DNA of 64,000 nucleotides from positions 2,046,001 through 2,110,000 of the forward strand of contig NC_067403.1 of assembly GCF_016432865.1 (NCBI RefSeq), given 5' to 3'. The position numbers and the translations under genes were made by a program. The stretch is from Antechinus flavipes (taxonomy: Eukaryota). Positions 1 through 12,834 of this stretch are shown in pieces. The notes below the pieces were generated by a model. That model ran no database searches, was not told where the DNA came from, and was given only the letters and a program-made list of their open reading frames with translations. Each line of letters opens with the position of its first letter. Position 1 is the stretch's first letter.

Positions 1-788
1 GGACTCAATATTGGATTTTCCTTTCTATAGCTCTATTTTTCAGACATGTTTTCTACCTGGTGGAAAGATATGTAGAAAACTGACTGATTCCTTTTAACTC
101 ATAACATATTGTTCCTAAGAGTAAAAAAGCTCAAAGTGGAGAAAATAGGGTGGCGAATTTTCCATTTCTGAATGATACCACAAGAACATATGTCATGAAA
201 AGTCCTGAAATCTGCCAAGAACCGGTTTAGCAATATTTCAGATATGGCTGAAATCCGAATAGCACAGATTATTTAGAGAATTTAGATACAAATTACTTAA
301 TTCATTAATTCATTAGCTACAGAAGCCCTACCTGATCCATTGCTGTTCCTATGATCGTGAGCTAGACCATAAATAAGACTGTACTTCACAAATTCATACT
401 CTTTATTTTTTTTGCTAACATTAAAATCCTCAGCATGTTAAATTTCTTAATGCTAAATATGTGAATGTTAAAAGGCCAAAAGTGACTCTCTGAACATAAA
501 TAAATTTTAGCCATGGAAGTGATAAGTCCCCTCATTTTACAGATGAGGAAACTGAGGTACAGAAAGATTACACTGAAAGTTTTGGATAAGAGATATTATG
601 TCATTTTGATGCATTGAAATCACCTAATAAACATTTCTTTGGAATAGAATTGCCTGTCATTACTCTGGTAGAATCTAGTAAATATGGGATTTGAACAATG
701 ACCTACTGATGCTAACATATTACTCATCTTTTCTGTACTATAAGCCAGGAGAGTGTGTCAAGGATGTTAGATCTGGGTTGAAGATTCT

Positions 789-853
789 TTTTTTTTTTAA
801 TAATAGCTTTTTATTTACAAGTTATATGTATGGGTAATTTTATAGCATTGACA
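789..853 (-). mobile_element. Ultra-short 5'-truncated L1 (3' end plus poly-A)
   Basis: The reverse complement GTCAATGCTATAAAATTACCCATACATATAACTTGTAAATAAAAAGCTATT(A)n matches the L1 3' end at 15300-15355. A perfect 15-bp TSD TGGGTTGAAGATTCT lies at 774-788 and 854-868. Confidence 0.88.
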
Positions 854-3497
854 TGGGTTGAAGATTCTAACAAAGTAGGATCAAGGTCACAGTGAGCTTA
901 AAGGGAAGTAGGAGAGCCAACCAGATATTGTACAAAGGGGCTGACTTCCCTGCAGCTTCCTTCTGACAGCAAGCCAGTGCCTGCTGACCATGGCATCTTT
1001 TGGCTAATTAAAGTACTGACTGTATTGCTGTCAAGGAGGAATCAGATACTCTCAATGCTGCTGCTCCCTACAACGAAACATGACAGGTAGGAATACCGTC
1101 AAATGTTATAAAACACAGCTCATATGTGGCCATCAAATTGATTTCACAAATAATTCCCTATTCCTTGTGTTAATTTCTTAGAACTCTGCGAGATCATCTC
1201 AAGCAGCCTCATTTGTTTGATGATAGAAATGATCAAAGAGTCTATAAATTTAAAAAAAGAACTTTAGGAGTAAAATTCTGAGAAGGAAGGCAGTTTATCC
1301 TACTGGGGGAAGACTATCATTACAGTCACTGGTGGAAGAAATTGTAGTACTTCATGTATACTCAATAACATTCTGTTGATTGAGTTCATCTTAAACATAT
1401 CATTTTTAGAATGCTTTTTATGATCCGCCCTGTAACAAATGATGTTTTAGAAAGAAAAATAGGAATTCTTTATATAAATCAGTAGTAATAGCTCCTCACA
1501 GAGGAGGGTGATTTTTTTGGTATGCTATCTGGCCGACAAGAAAGATAACCTGACATAGTAGCTACCAAGTGAGATTTGGACTTGGGAAAAGCTGGGGTCA
1601 CATTGTGTTTATTATCAAGTGGGATGATATTTGTAAAGAACTTAACATGGTATCTGGCATGTAATAGGTGTGATACAAAAATGTGTACCCTTCTTCCTAT
1701 TCCCCTCACAGCATAAACTGGATGGATAATCCTGGGAAATCCATTTAAATTTTCAGGGATCCCAGACAGCTCTCTAAGACTCTATCTCTTTACCAAAAAA
1801 CAATTTTGGATCAATAGGAAGAGGAACTCCCTACATGGATAAGCTCATGGACCAAAGAAAAAAGGGGGGAAAAATGGCTACATCTCTGAAGTGGCTGAAA
1901 AACAAATAATGGATCTGGCAAATGACATAATACATGTCATTGATTTACACATGAATTTTCACAGAGTGCAAAATTTAAATAGATAAAAATAATTTTATCA
2001 TTCCTTTCAGAATGATAATGGGAGGAATGAGGAAGAAATATGTTGGGATGAGAAACAGACAAGACTACATTGTGAAATACTGGACTCCATGCTCACAGGA
2101 AGCAGTTTGATTGAGAAACCATAGAGAAGGTTCCCACATTGGGTAAGGAGCTGAACAAAGTCCCTCCAGATCTAATGTTTTAGAATTTACATAGTATTTC
2201 AGTATTTTTCCCTTGATTAAACAATAACAATTCACATTACCATGGATTTTAGCAGTTTACAAAGCATTTTCTTCACAATTTGATAAGATAAATACTGCAA
2301 GAATGATTATACCAACTTCAAAGAGGAATAAACTGAGACTCTGAAACAACTTATGTGAGTTGATTGAAAGTCTAGTAGTAGCACGTTTCAGAACCAGTAC
2401 ATCAGCCCAGGTTTCCTAAGTCCAAGTTCAGAAGCTTTCCCCAATGACCATCACACGCTGATTCATGTATAGATCATGCAATTAGATGATTCTGCTTGTG
2501 CTTTAGGTATTCCCAAGGACAAAACGTGAAATTCACTCACTATTCAGTGTTGACACATGGTTTTAAATTGCTATTCATTACTGAAGGTGAGGGCCCTGCT
2601 ATATATCAGTTTTATGATTTTAGTTCTATTTATAACTAAATAAATATTTGAGCATCATGAGGGTTTTTTAAATCAGAAAAAAAAAATCTGGCATTCTATT
2701 CAAATGCACACAATTGAAAAGTGGTTGAGCTGTTTTATCCACTTCCTTAGATTGCATTCATTTCATTCCATAAGGACCCATACTTTCATTCTATAAGAAA
2801 AAATTCTTAGCAAGGAGCAAGAGAGCTGGCTAAATGGTAAGCTCCATGAAGGCTCCCTGAGGCTAGAAGATAGGCTTTTTGTTGTAAACTTTGTACAATA
2901 AGTGGATGCTGAATTAAAATTGAATTGAGTTTGAGCTTCCCCAAATGTCTAACAATTCTCAATGTACTATAGATGCTGAATTTTGGGGTGGAACCCTTAG
3001 GGACAAAATACCAGCATTTCCATCTTTAATTATGATGATTCCCTTCTATCTCCACCATTGTCTTCCCCCTGTAATTCTTCTTGAATTTCACTGGAGAACA
3101 GAGATCCCAGATCTTAGTTTTCCAAATAAGCTGATTCATACAAAGCCAGATTTTACATGCTTCTTTTTGTCTGATGATTGCTTGAGTTGTTTTTGCTTTT
3201 TTTTTTCCTTTTCTGTGTTTAGTCCTTTATGGAAGAAATTCCATTAGCAAGCTCAAATTATCACATAAAGAATCCACTTTTACCCAATCCTGCTGCAGTA
3301 ATTTAATTGTGGGAACAAAGTTATACAGCATCCAGAGGAAGCCATTCAGATCTGCCTTTCTGATCCAAAACAGCAAAATCAGCTCCCTTTGTCTAGTGGA
3401 AAATTCTCAGACCACATCAGTCAACGCCCACAAATGCCTATGACTGCAGCCCAATGGGCCATTTGGTTGAATTGCCACAAAAATCCATTCTTCTTAC

Positions 3498-3553
3498 CTT
3501 TCCAAAGCTCCCCTTGCCAATGGCCCGCAATATTTGAAAATGGTCGAAATTAA
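3498..3553 (-). CDS. STK32B: STK32B coding exon 2 (56 nt), start of kinase domain with Gly-rich loop
   Basis: The acceptor is TTTTTTTCTGTCTTCTCTTGCAG| and the donor is AAG|GTAAGA. The exon translates (G)TT AAT TTC GAC CAT TTT CAA ATA TTG CGG GCC ATT GGC AAG GGG AGC TTT GGA AAG = [19 protein letters not shown], containing the GxGxxG loop, and is in frame with exon 1. Confidence 0.96.
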
Positions 3554-4293
3554 CTGCAAGAGAAGACAGAAAAAAATGAAATTACATATCAGAATTGTCA
3601 GAATTTGGCTGATCCAACTTCCTTATCTCCAACACTTAATGGCATTCACTCTAAATAGCATCTCCTAACTGGCATTGGACTCAACAGCAAAATAAGCTCA
3701 TTTTTTAAAATGTCTAGTTTATACTTAGTGGTCTCATTGCTAAGGCACTTCCAGTGTATTATCGTTTCTCTTCAACTCATATACTTGGTAATTTAACCTC
3801 AGAAGTATGAGAATAAAACTATTTCTAACCATCTCCAAATCAAAATACACATTCCAAAGTTTCAGGTTTTCTAGAAAAAGAACAGAAACATTTTTTTTTT
3901 TGCTATTCTATACTTGACAAATGGCAACAAATATCAGTCTTTTCAAATACAAAGAACAGAAAGAAGAGAGTATATGAAAGGACAAATTTCTCCAATTTAG
4001 CTTAAAATGTATAGTAAATGTAACATAATAACTGTTGCTTTGGTGCTGTTTGTGACATTCCTGTCATTAGGTTCTTTTGCTCACCATCCCCTCCAAATTC
4101 TCCTCTCAAAATTAAAAAAAAAAATAACTTACAGCAATAACCATTATGGAACAAAACAAATCCCCACATTGGCCATATTCAAAAATATACATCTCACCCT
4201 GAAATTCTACTTTATTATCTCTGTGTCAGAAAATGAAAAGCACGAATCATCACTGATCCATTGGAGTCATTGTTACTCACTGACTTTATCAGT

Positions 4294-4520
4294 GGGCAGC
4301 TAGATGGCTAGAGCATTGGGCTGGGAATTAGGAAAACATCTTTCTGCATTCAAATCTGGCCTCAGGCACTTACCATCTGTATGACCTTGGGAAAGTCATA
4401 GAACCCTGCTTGCCTCAGTTCCTAATCTGTAAAATGAGCTGAAGAAGGAAATGGCAAAGCACTCCAGTATCTCTACCAAGAAAATCCCAAAGGGGGTCAT
4501 GAAGTATCAGATGTGACTGC
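4294..4520 (+). mobile_element. Mar1-type CORE-SINE
   Basis: tRNA-like head, CORE (GCCTCAGTTCCTAATCTGTAAAATG) and RTE-derived tail (GAAGGAAATGGCAAAGCACTCCAGTATCT). Confidence 0.8.
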
Positions 4521-4529
4521 ATCACCACA

Positions 4530-4745
4530 AAAAGATTTAAAGTTGCTTTCCACTTTCCCGTTGTGGTCATTTTATAAATCATTGTCCTGGTTCTACTCAC
4601 TTCCCTTTTCAGGAGTTCTTTCCAGGTTTCTCTAAATGTCTCCTCCATCATTTCTGACAGCACAAGACTATTCCATTATTTTCAAATACCTTAATTTATT
4701 CAACCATTCTCCAACTGGAGGATGTCCCCTTAGCATCCAATCCTT
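4530..4745 (-). mobile_element. Old L1 ORF2 3' fragment
   Basis: ATTCCATTATTTTCAAATACCTTAATTTATTCAACCATTCTCCAACT is the reverse complement of the L1 segment at about 14750-14820. Confidence 0.6.
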
Positions 4746-5069
4746 GAGCAAAAACTTCCCAACAACATTACCTTCTTCTGTCAACAATTCATCACAATGA
4801 TGAGCTCTGCATATGCTATTTATTAAAGGTTACGGGAGTCCATTTGTCTATTATAAAGCCCAGAAAGTAGAGAACACTCTTAGCTGGAGGGATTGGCAGA
4901 AGTTTTGAGAAGAGCTGGAGCTGAGCATTAGCATTGGAGGAAGAAGAGGTTTCTGAAATGAGATGAGCAATCACACTACAGGCAAGTGGGAGGATTGTGT
5001 AGCCTTTAACTATGCTGAAAAGAGCTGGCATCTTATTCCAGGAGCTGCCATCCATGTTGGCAGTGAGGT

Positions 5070-5310
5070 GATGCAAGGGATAGGGCACTGGGGCTGAAGT
5101 CAAGAAAATCTGAGTTCCAATCCAGCCTCAGATAGTTACTAGCTATGGGATACTGGGCAAGTCACACAAACATTGCCTCAACTTCCTTATCTGTAAAATG
5201 AGAATAATAGCATTTATCCCGCAGAAACAAAATATCAAATGAAATAATTTATAAAGTGTGTAGTGCCAAGTCTGGTACATAGTAAGCACTTAACAGATGT
5301 TAGTTTCCCT
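5070..5310 (+). mobile_element. MIR-type CORE-SINE
   Basis: B-box, CORE, and MIR tail GGTACATAGTAAGCACTTAAC. Confidence 0.75.
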
Positions 5311-6934
5311 TCCCTTCTCTGTAGCTCGCAATCCCTGTACCAGTCTACCATCTGTGCCCTTCTCTAGAGGTTTAAAGGGAAAGGAAGAAGTCCTGAGAGA
5401 TAGAAGCTGGCAGAGATCAAGAGAGGAGACATGATGAACATCCCCCCTTTTCACCCATACTTGGACTAGATTTGTTTCCAGTGACCTAGTTATAGGTCAA
5501 ATGCCCTATGAGAAACCAGGGAGAGAGGAAATAACAGTTCAGTGCTGGTGGGAGGCTAGTGCTGTAGAGAAGTAACTGATAGAAGACTAGAAAGGTGGGT
5601 TTCAATGAGATCATGAAAGACTTTACAGATGGAGTTGATATTTTGGCCTATAAGTCAAACTTATTTTGAACCTTCAGCCCCAATATAGATTGTGTTCAGA
5701 AGCCCAAATGGAAGCTAAGTATGCTCAAAGAGGGCACCCCCACACCCCAGGGGGTTCCAACTCGGGCCTGCTAAAATATTTACTTAGAAAAGCCTGTCTT
5801 CTGCACTCACTGGGTGAACTCCTTGTCATGGAAAGAAATTCAGAAGTTTTTTTTTTTTTTCCTCTTAAACATTCATCACAGTGAGATACACACAGTGAGA
5901 AAGGCATTTGAGGAGCTGCCATCTGGAACAGCTTTCCTCTTTACACTTCTGTTCAAGGGCATAATTGGAGGTTATTTTTAATTTTAGGTTATACTTAAGT
6001 ACTGTTGGCAACAAAAATTGTATAGCTTTTATCTCTGGACTCTAATTACTCAAAACCTTTAATAACTTCATCATCATCTTCAAATAAATTGCTTTCTATT
6101 CAATACAATATTCATGTATTAAGAGAGAGGGGACATTTTTAGATAGATGAAATGTTTGTTAAATATGTGCCACAAATTCTGTTAGGCACCAGGAAGACAA
6201 ATGTAAGTAGGCAGCACAGCCCCTCCTCTCAAGGAGGTTACATTCTAAGGAGGAAGACAACGCATGAAGGCGAGCTAGAAGTTGGGAAGAGGAAAGGAGA
6301 GAAAGGGAAAGGAGGCAGATGAAGAAAAGAAGGAATCCAGTGAAGGTGTACAGGAAGGGATGACTTAGGGTATGACTGAGATCCTTCCAGCGTGTGATAC
6401 CAGGAAGGGGAACACCAGCCAGGAGAAGAAGACCTCAGGGAAGACGTTTCTCCAGGTTGGCAAAACAGAAAGGGAGAAGGAGAGATCCACAGAGTCCGGG
6501 CATGGAGCATGATGGGAATCCTTCCCAAAATGGAGGGGCCAGGAAGGTAACCACCAATCAGGAGAGGAGAAACTGCTATGGGCAAAGCACTATGTGAGCC
6601 CCATGAGCAAGGCCTAGACTTGAAATAAGCATAGTAAGAGTGAAAATTAGGAGAGTTGCTTGGATGGAACGGAGAGATCCATGTCAAAACATGACTAGGA
6701 TAAAGGTTAAATTTCTAGGGGGGAGATTTGAATGGCAGACTGCATTTGTTCTTTTTCTGCAAGTGGAATGTAAGCTCCTCGAGGGCAAGAAATGTCTTTA
6801 TATTTATCTTACATCTTCAGTACATAACAGTGTTTGTAATGTAAATCTAGCAGTTATATAAGCTATCATATATTGAATTACTCAAAAATAAAGCCATAAA
6901 GCCATCTATACTCAAAGCCTCTATCTGCTAAATC

Positions 6935-7260
6935 TCTGCAAAATTGCTTCTGATCTCATCATTTAATTGAAATGGTTCTCTGCAAACTTACCAATGATTT
7001 CTTAATTGCCCAATCTAATGGTAATTCTTCAGTCCTAGTCCTTTTTAAACTCTCGGCAGCCTTTGATCTTGTGGATTACTATAACTCTCCTGTATCCTCA
7101 CTCCTTTTGGTGCTTTCAAGACATTGCTCTCTTCTACTGCTTCTTGATGGATATTCATCAGGAGCCTGCCTACCTCCTTCCAAGCATCATACAATTCAGC
7201 AATACTCAGTCCTTGCACAAGAAACTATCTCCTTTCATCGTGTTCCTCAACTGATGAGTT
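6935..7260 (+). mobile_element. L2 LINE reverse transcriptase fragment
   Basis: The track ORF from 6972 begins VLCKLTNDFLIAQSNGNSSVLVLFKLSAAFDLVD, resembling the L2/CR1 RT motif ETAL.KV.NDLL...S.LILLDLSAAFDTVDH. Confidence 0.78.
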
Positions 7261-8594
7261 GTCCCCCATACATAAAATGTTTTCCCATATCACCCTGGCC
7301 TTTCCAACTTTGTTCAAAATGCAATTCAAATACCTCTTTCTATAGAAGACTTGCTGGGATCTCCCTAGATGCTGGCGTCTTCCCCTCTGAGATTATCATT
7401 TGCTTCAATATTGCAATTTCAGGGATAGATTAGATACATATTATAGGATCATCCTAAAGGTGAAATGAGCCCTTGAATGTTGTAGAGACTGAATAAGTAT
7501 CTATAATAAGTCCTTCTAAGACTATATCTTGGCAGAATTGAATTTGATAACTTCAAAGCAAAAGATAAAGCCAATGAGACTGTGCAAATTATTTTTTAAA
7601 AACAAATGTTTACTAAGCACCTAACACATGTGACAAACACATCCTGTTTGGTACTGGAGTTAAAAAGACAAGAATAGTACATGTAGAAATTAAAGTAGCT
7701 TCTAATATGAATAGATAGAATATTCTTACTAATAAGATCAACAAAACACAAGAAAGTGTATATACTCATAGAGTGACTTATTGCCCCAAAGAAGAATGTT
7801 TTCCAAAATTTCAACTAGTTTTTGATTTCAGAATCTGATAGTACTTTAGAAAAATTGAAACTTTCTCTTTTAGGAACTAATTTAACTCCTTCAAAAACAT
7901 GTTGTCATGGATTCTGTGACAAGATAAATTTCAAACTTTTATTGACTTAATAAATATCATTACATATCTCTATAAATATCAGTGGAAATACAAACAACCT
8001 CATCTGTAAGTATAAATATCTGAGACAATGCCGAATTCCTTCAGAATTATTAAAAAAAAAGTTTTGTTTGGCATTGAAAAAAAATGAACTTTTATGAAGT
8101 TAAAAAGGTCTATACAATATTTCACTGAAAAGATGCAAATTTGAATTATTCCTTCAAATACTTAGGTAGTTCACATAGAACTCTCAAATATCAAAAGATA
8201 GGAGAATATTTTAGATAATACTTAAAATATCATCTTAAAAAATCATCTTAAAAATGTCTGCTTTGAATCACTGGATTTTTGTATATATGTATCCATATGT
8301 GTATTTGCATGTTTGAATTATAATAAATTAAAAGGAAATATGGAAACAATACACAGGAATTTGTTACAGGGTAGTAAAATAAAGAAGTAGATAACCACAA
8401 GTTACATTTTTTAGTTCCAGGTTTGTTATAGACTAAAGGAAGTCACTTCCCTATTCTGTTTCCTCATCAGTATAATAGAAGACTTAACTAGATGCTCTTT
8501 AAGATGTTTAGGAATTCAAAGATTCTACAATTCCAAAGAATACTTTGAGAGATACATGAAATCATCACTATGAAAGTCCACATCATACAGAATG

Positions 8595-10754
8595 TAATAA
8601 ACTATGGCCTGCAGCCAGATGTGGCCCACTGAGGACGTTTATGCGGCCCATGGGGTTATGGCAAAATCAGACCAGAAGTGATGTTCGACCTAAACTCCCG
8701 TTAGCAACACACACTTCCAGCACTGGGCTGAGGTGGCAGAGACAGAGTGTAAGGCGATACCCAGGTGAGTTCCCAGGCCAGGGGGTGTGATGTGGGGAAG
8801 GGAGAGAGATGCAGAAGATGGAGAAGTGACGACCAGCGGCCTTGTACAGTAATGGCAGCCATCATACCAGACAGGCACGGGGGATGTACAGTGCATGCTG
8901 CGCATGTCACGGCCGCTGCAGGGGGAATTCACTGCAGCAGTGAAGGTCGGAAGCGGGAGCGTGAAGAGCGGGAGACAGAGTGCGGGAAACAGAGGCATCA
9001 CAGCACAGAGGCAGCTTGGAGGAAGTTGGGCATTGCAGTCTGTTTGTCTCTGTGTGGGCAAAGTTATTGCTGGTATATTGTTTTTGTAGCGCTGTATATA
9101 TATTGGTATTTTACTAATAGCAATTTGTAATCCCTTGGAAATAATGATGTCAAGAAAAAGAAAAATTGACTCGGAGTGTAGGATATTCAAAGAACAGTGG
9201 ACTTATGATGACTTTTTCATGCAGTAAAAGGAAAGAGCTGTATATCTGATATGCCAGAATATAGTGTCTGTGTGCAAAGAATATAATTTGCATTGACACT
9301 ATGAAACTCAACATAAAGATAAATATGATTGTTTTGTTGGAGAAGGGAGAAAAAATAAAATATTAAAACTGATAAATACATTGACAACTCAGCAAAATAC
9401 TTTTTGTGAAGCAGAAGCAGCTAAATATGTCATCACTGCGAGCAAGTTTTCAAGTTGCCAAGCTAATAGCACACACTGGCAGACCATTCGTGGAAGGAGA
9501 ATTTGTTAAAGAATGTCTTCTTTCTGTTTCCAAAGAGATGTGTCCAGAGAAGGCCAATTTATTTAGTACAGTGAGTCTTTCAGGACCTACAATTACACGG
9601 AGGATTGAAGAAATGGAAGACAATCTGCATCAGCATTTGCAAAACTCCATAAAAAAAAAATTTCATATTTTTCCTTGGCACTCGATGAAAGCAATGATGT
9701 TTGTGATTCTGCACAACTTCTAAGTTTTATTCATGGGACGAATGATTATTTTGAAGTCATAGAAGAGCTTGCTGCACTGCAAAGCATCAAAGGAACAACT
9801 ACAGGAGAGGATATCTATGAAAAGGTTTGCCAAACTATGAATAGTTTGGAGCTGGACTGGGCTAAACTAGATAGCGTGACAACTGATGGTGCTTCTAGCA
9901 TGGCGTTACAGATGTAACAGAGCTACTCAACAATTTCAGTAGGCAACTTCAAGGAATGGGGTAGCTCATCTGTGATATGCAATCACATGTCAAAGCATTT
10001 GAAGTAAAATTAGGCCTCCTCATCAAACAAGTGAAAGAGGAAAACTTCTTCCATCTCCCCACAACTCAAAATCTGTTAGCAGAAAAACCGCTGATTGCAA
10101 ACATGTGTGGATTCACTGGAAAAATTGCAAAAAGTGTTTCAGTTTAGATTTAAAGAGTTTCATCTCCATGAACAGGACATACAGCTTTTCCATAACCCAT
10201 TTTCTATTGACATTGAAAATGTGGATACAATTTACCAAATGGAACTGGCTAAACTGCAGAATTGTGACTCTCTGAAAGATGCATTCAAGTCAAGCAGCCT
10301 TCATAATTTCTATGCATCTCTCCCCTCTGAGACATATCCTCATCTCAGGAACCATGCACTCAAAATGGCAACCATCTTTGGCAGCACTTACGTCTGTGAA
10401 CAGATTTTTTCTAGGATGAAACATTTGAAATCTCCAACCATATCAAGACTAATGGATGCACACTTGCATCACTTGTTACAACTAGCAGTGACAAATATGG
10501 AACCAGACATTGACCATCTCATTAGCCAAAAGCAGGCCCATAGTTCCCATTGAAATACTGGTAAGTTTGCTGATTTAACTTTACTTCATTTTAAATATTG
10601 TATTTGTTCCCATTTTGTTTCTTCACTTCAAAATAATATACATGCAGTGTGCATAGGAATTTGTCCATAGTTTTTGTTTTTACCATAGTCCGGCCCTCCA
10701 ACAGTCTGAGGGACAGTGAACTGGCCCCCAATTTTAAAAGTTTGAGGATGCCTG
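8595..10754 (+). mobile_element. OC1 (OposCharlie1)-family hAT DNA transposon, internally deleted, left TIR damaged
   Basis: The right end has subterminal TAGTCCGGCCCTCCAACAGTCTGAGGGACAGTGAACTGGCCCCC and TIR AAAAGTTTGAGGATGCCTG ending at 10754, followed by TAATAATA. The left subterminal (A)AACTATGGCCTGCAGCCAGATGTGGCCC starts near 8600. A hAT transposase lies inside. Confidence 0.88.
9144..10553 (+). pseudogene. hAT (SPIN/OC1, GTF2IRD2-like) transposase pseudogene
   Basis: It starts MMSRKRKIDSECRIFKEQW with a BED-finger remnant (LICQ...H*HYETQH). It retains ALDES, TTDG and the C-terminal dimerisation region ATIFGSTYVCEQIFSRMK...QAHSSH*. It has in-frame stops, frameshifts and an internal deletion after TTDGASSM. 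Confidence 0.92.
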
Positions 10755-11139
10755 TAATAATAGATTGTATCAACTAGCCATGAGTTCCCCATGGTAAGCA
10801 TCTTGGTGACCAAATCCCCTCAGTCTACCAATCAATGAACAATCTCTGATCATAATTGTCCTACTGGACACCCTTAAAGCCTCACTGCCTAGCACTAGAA
10901 GCTTAGATATCTGAGATTGTTCTATGTAGCTAAGTAGGAATCTTCCCCCAATACCCAAGTGAATGCTCCTACTTATTTGAATTAGACATTAATTTAGCTC
11001 CTTCTCCAGAACATAATGCTCTTAACAAAATGAACAAATGAAAACAACAAATACCCTTAATAATGCATTTGTCCAATGCATTGGAAGTCTTGTGTGGGTC
11101 CTTTGACGGTTTTATGTACAAGCAAAATGTCCATACTCT

Positions 11140-11345
11140 TATCTATGAAACTTCACTCTCTTTATGAGATTGCCTTTTCTAGATATATTTTCTTAGTAAT
11201 GCTTCTCACACAACTTCTTGCATATAGGCCATTGTTGACAATGTGCTACAGCCTTGTTGTATCCACCAGGAACTTCCTTCTTGCCTTCTTGGTCATCTGC
11301 AATTGTGATTCTTCAGAAATCATGGATTTCATGAGTGATAGCCAC
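11140..11345 (-). mobile_element. RTE-clade LINE 3' fragment
   Basis: The reverse complement GAAGAATCACAATTGCAGATGACCAAGAAGGCA...TATATGCAAGAAGT resembles the marsupial RTE C-terminal region. Confidence 0.5.
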
Positions 11346-12099
11346 AGAGCTTGTTCCTGGCACATAGTAAGTGCTTAATAAATGCAAATTGATTGATTGA
11401 CACTGACTCCAAAAAAAGAATCTTGATGTAAAGGAGATGTGATTAGGGAGACTGAAAAAGAAGTCATTCATTGGACAATCTGTATAAAAAACTAATAAAC
11501 AATTTCCTCTTTTTCAGAAAAAAAAATAGAACAAGATTAGGGAAGAATAATTTTCACAGTTTGCTCAATAGTTCCTGTGCTGTGTCCTTCAGAAATAAAA
11601 GGAGGGAGAAGAGGGAGAAGATTATTTTCGAAGAAATATCTGTTGCTTATGTTTTACACAAACAATCATGTTGCTAACTTAATATGGACTGCAATTATCT
11701 ATTCTATACCCAAGCTCTACCTAAGTATCTTATTTATGAGTCGTGAAGAGAGCCTGGCTAAACAAATATAAACAAGCCATTATATCAATGTAGATCATTT
11801 TATGCTTGATTTGTTAACACATCAAACATAAGCAATTATCTCTATACCCTTGGTTGGTCTGGAACTGTTGTCTTGGTAATATTAAATGCCCCTATAATAT
11901 ATTCTGTATACCATTCTACACAAATATTGCTTCAGCCAAGCATTCATCACTAAAGTCCCAGCAAGAATATACATATAAGTCCTCTAACTGGGTGCTGAGC
12001 TTGAGGTTGCTCCGTCCAATTGCTCATGACCTTTTCTACATGTCGTCAAATTGAAAGATGAAAAGCAAAGTTCAGTTTATCACATCATATTAATCATGG

Positions 12100-12480
12100 C
12101 AGTTAATTCCTTGCGTATCTCCTGATACCTCACTGAGGTATGAAGGAAATGATGCATTCTCAAAGAAAATATAAGAGCAGAGCCATGAGAACAGAACATG
12201 AGACTTCTGGCTGGTCTTTCCACCATAGACAGACTTCTAGTACAAACCTGGTGTTCAATCATGGGTATGTCAGTTGGAGACCAGCCTAGCTAGCTTACCA
12301 TCAGAAGGTTGTACAAAAGCAATCACAATTTCGACTCTCCTCCAATAAGATGTCTTGCACATATGTATGAAGACCCTAAGGTAGCTTTGTCCAGCAATCA
12401 TTTGTGTATCAATATCAAGAGAGGTATAGAATAGGGAGACACATGCCGGTTAATATTTTTCATCAGCATCATAAAAGGCT
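12100..12480 (+). mobile_element. RTE-clade LINE RT fragment
   Basis: 12411-12446 reads NIKRGIE*GDTC (RT motif RGxxQGD), and a decayed GFSTIDH-like motif lies upstream. Confidence 0.55.
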
Positions 12481-12834
12481 GTCCTCCATAAATTCCTACA
12501 AAGAAGGATTCTTTTTAGAAGCTGTCCTAATGTTCTGTTTTTTGTGACATTGTGATGATTGAATTAAGGACAGGGAATTAGCACAATCAATCAAGTATTT
12601 ATTAAGTACTTAGGTAATGTTCTAGGCACTGGAGATGTAATGAATGAAGTAATCCTTACTAGCAAAGTTTACAATGTCACACAAAGTACATGGGGGAGGT
12701 TTTGTTGCACAAAAGTTTGTATGAGAAAGAGCTGAGGGTTGTAGTAACGACCAGCTCATCAGCTGCAGTGCTATAGAACAATTAAAAAGATTAATGTGAC
12801 CTTGGGTGGAAACATTATCAACAAAAATAAGGAA

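Noticed and set aside
8690-9190. 121-166 aa ORFs in the GC-rich 5' part of OC1 as a captured gene
   Set aside because: GC-rich non-coding transposon sequence has few stop codons, and no domain is recognisable.
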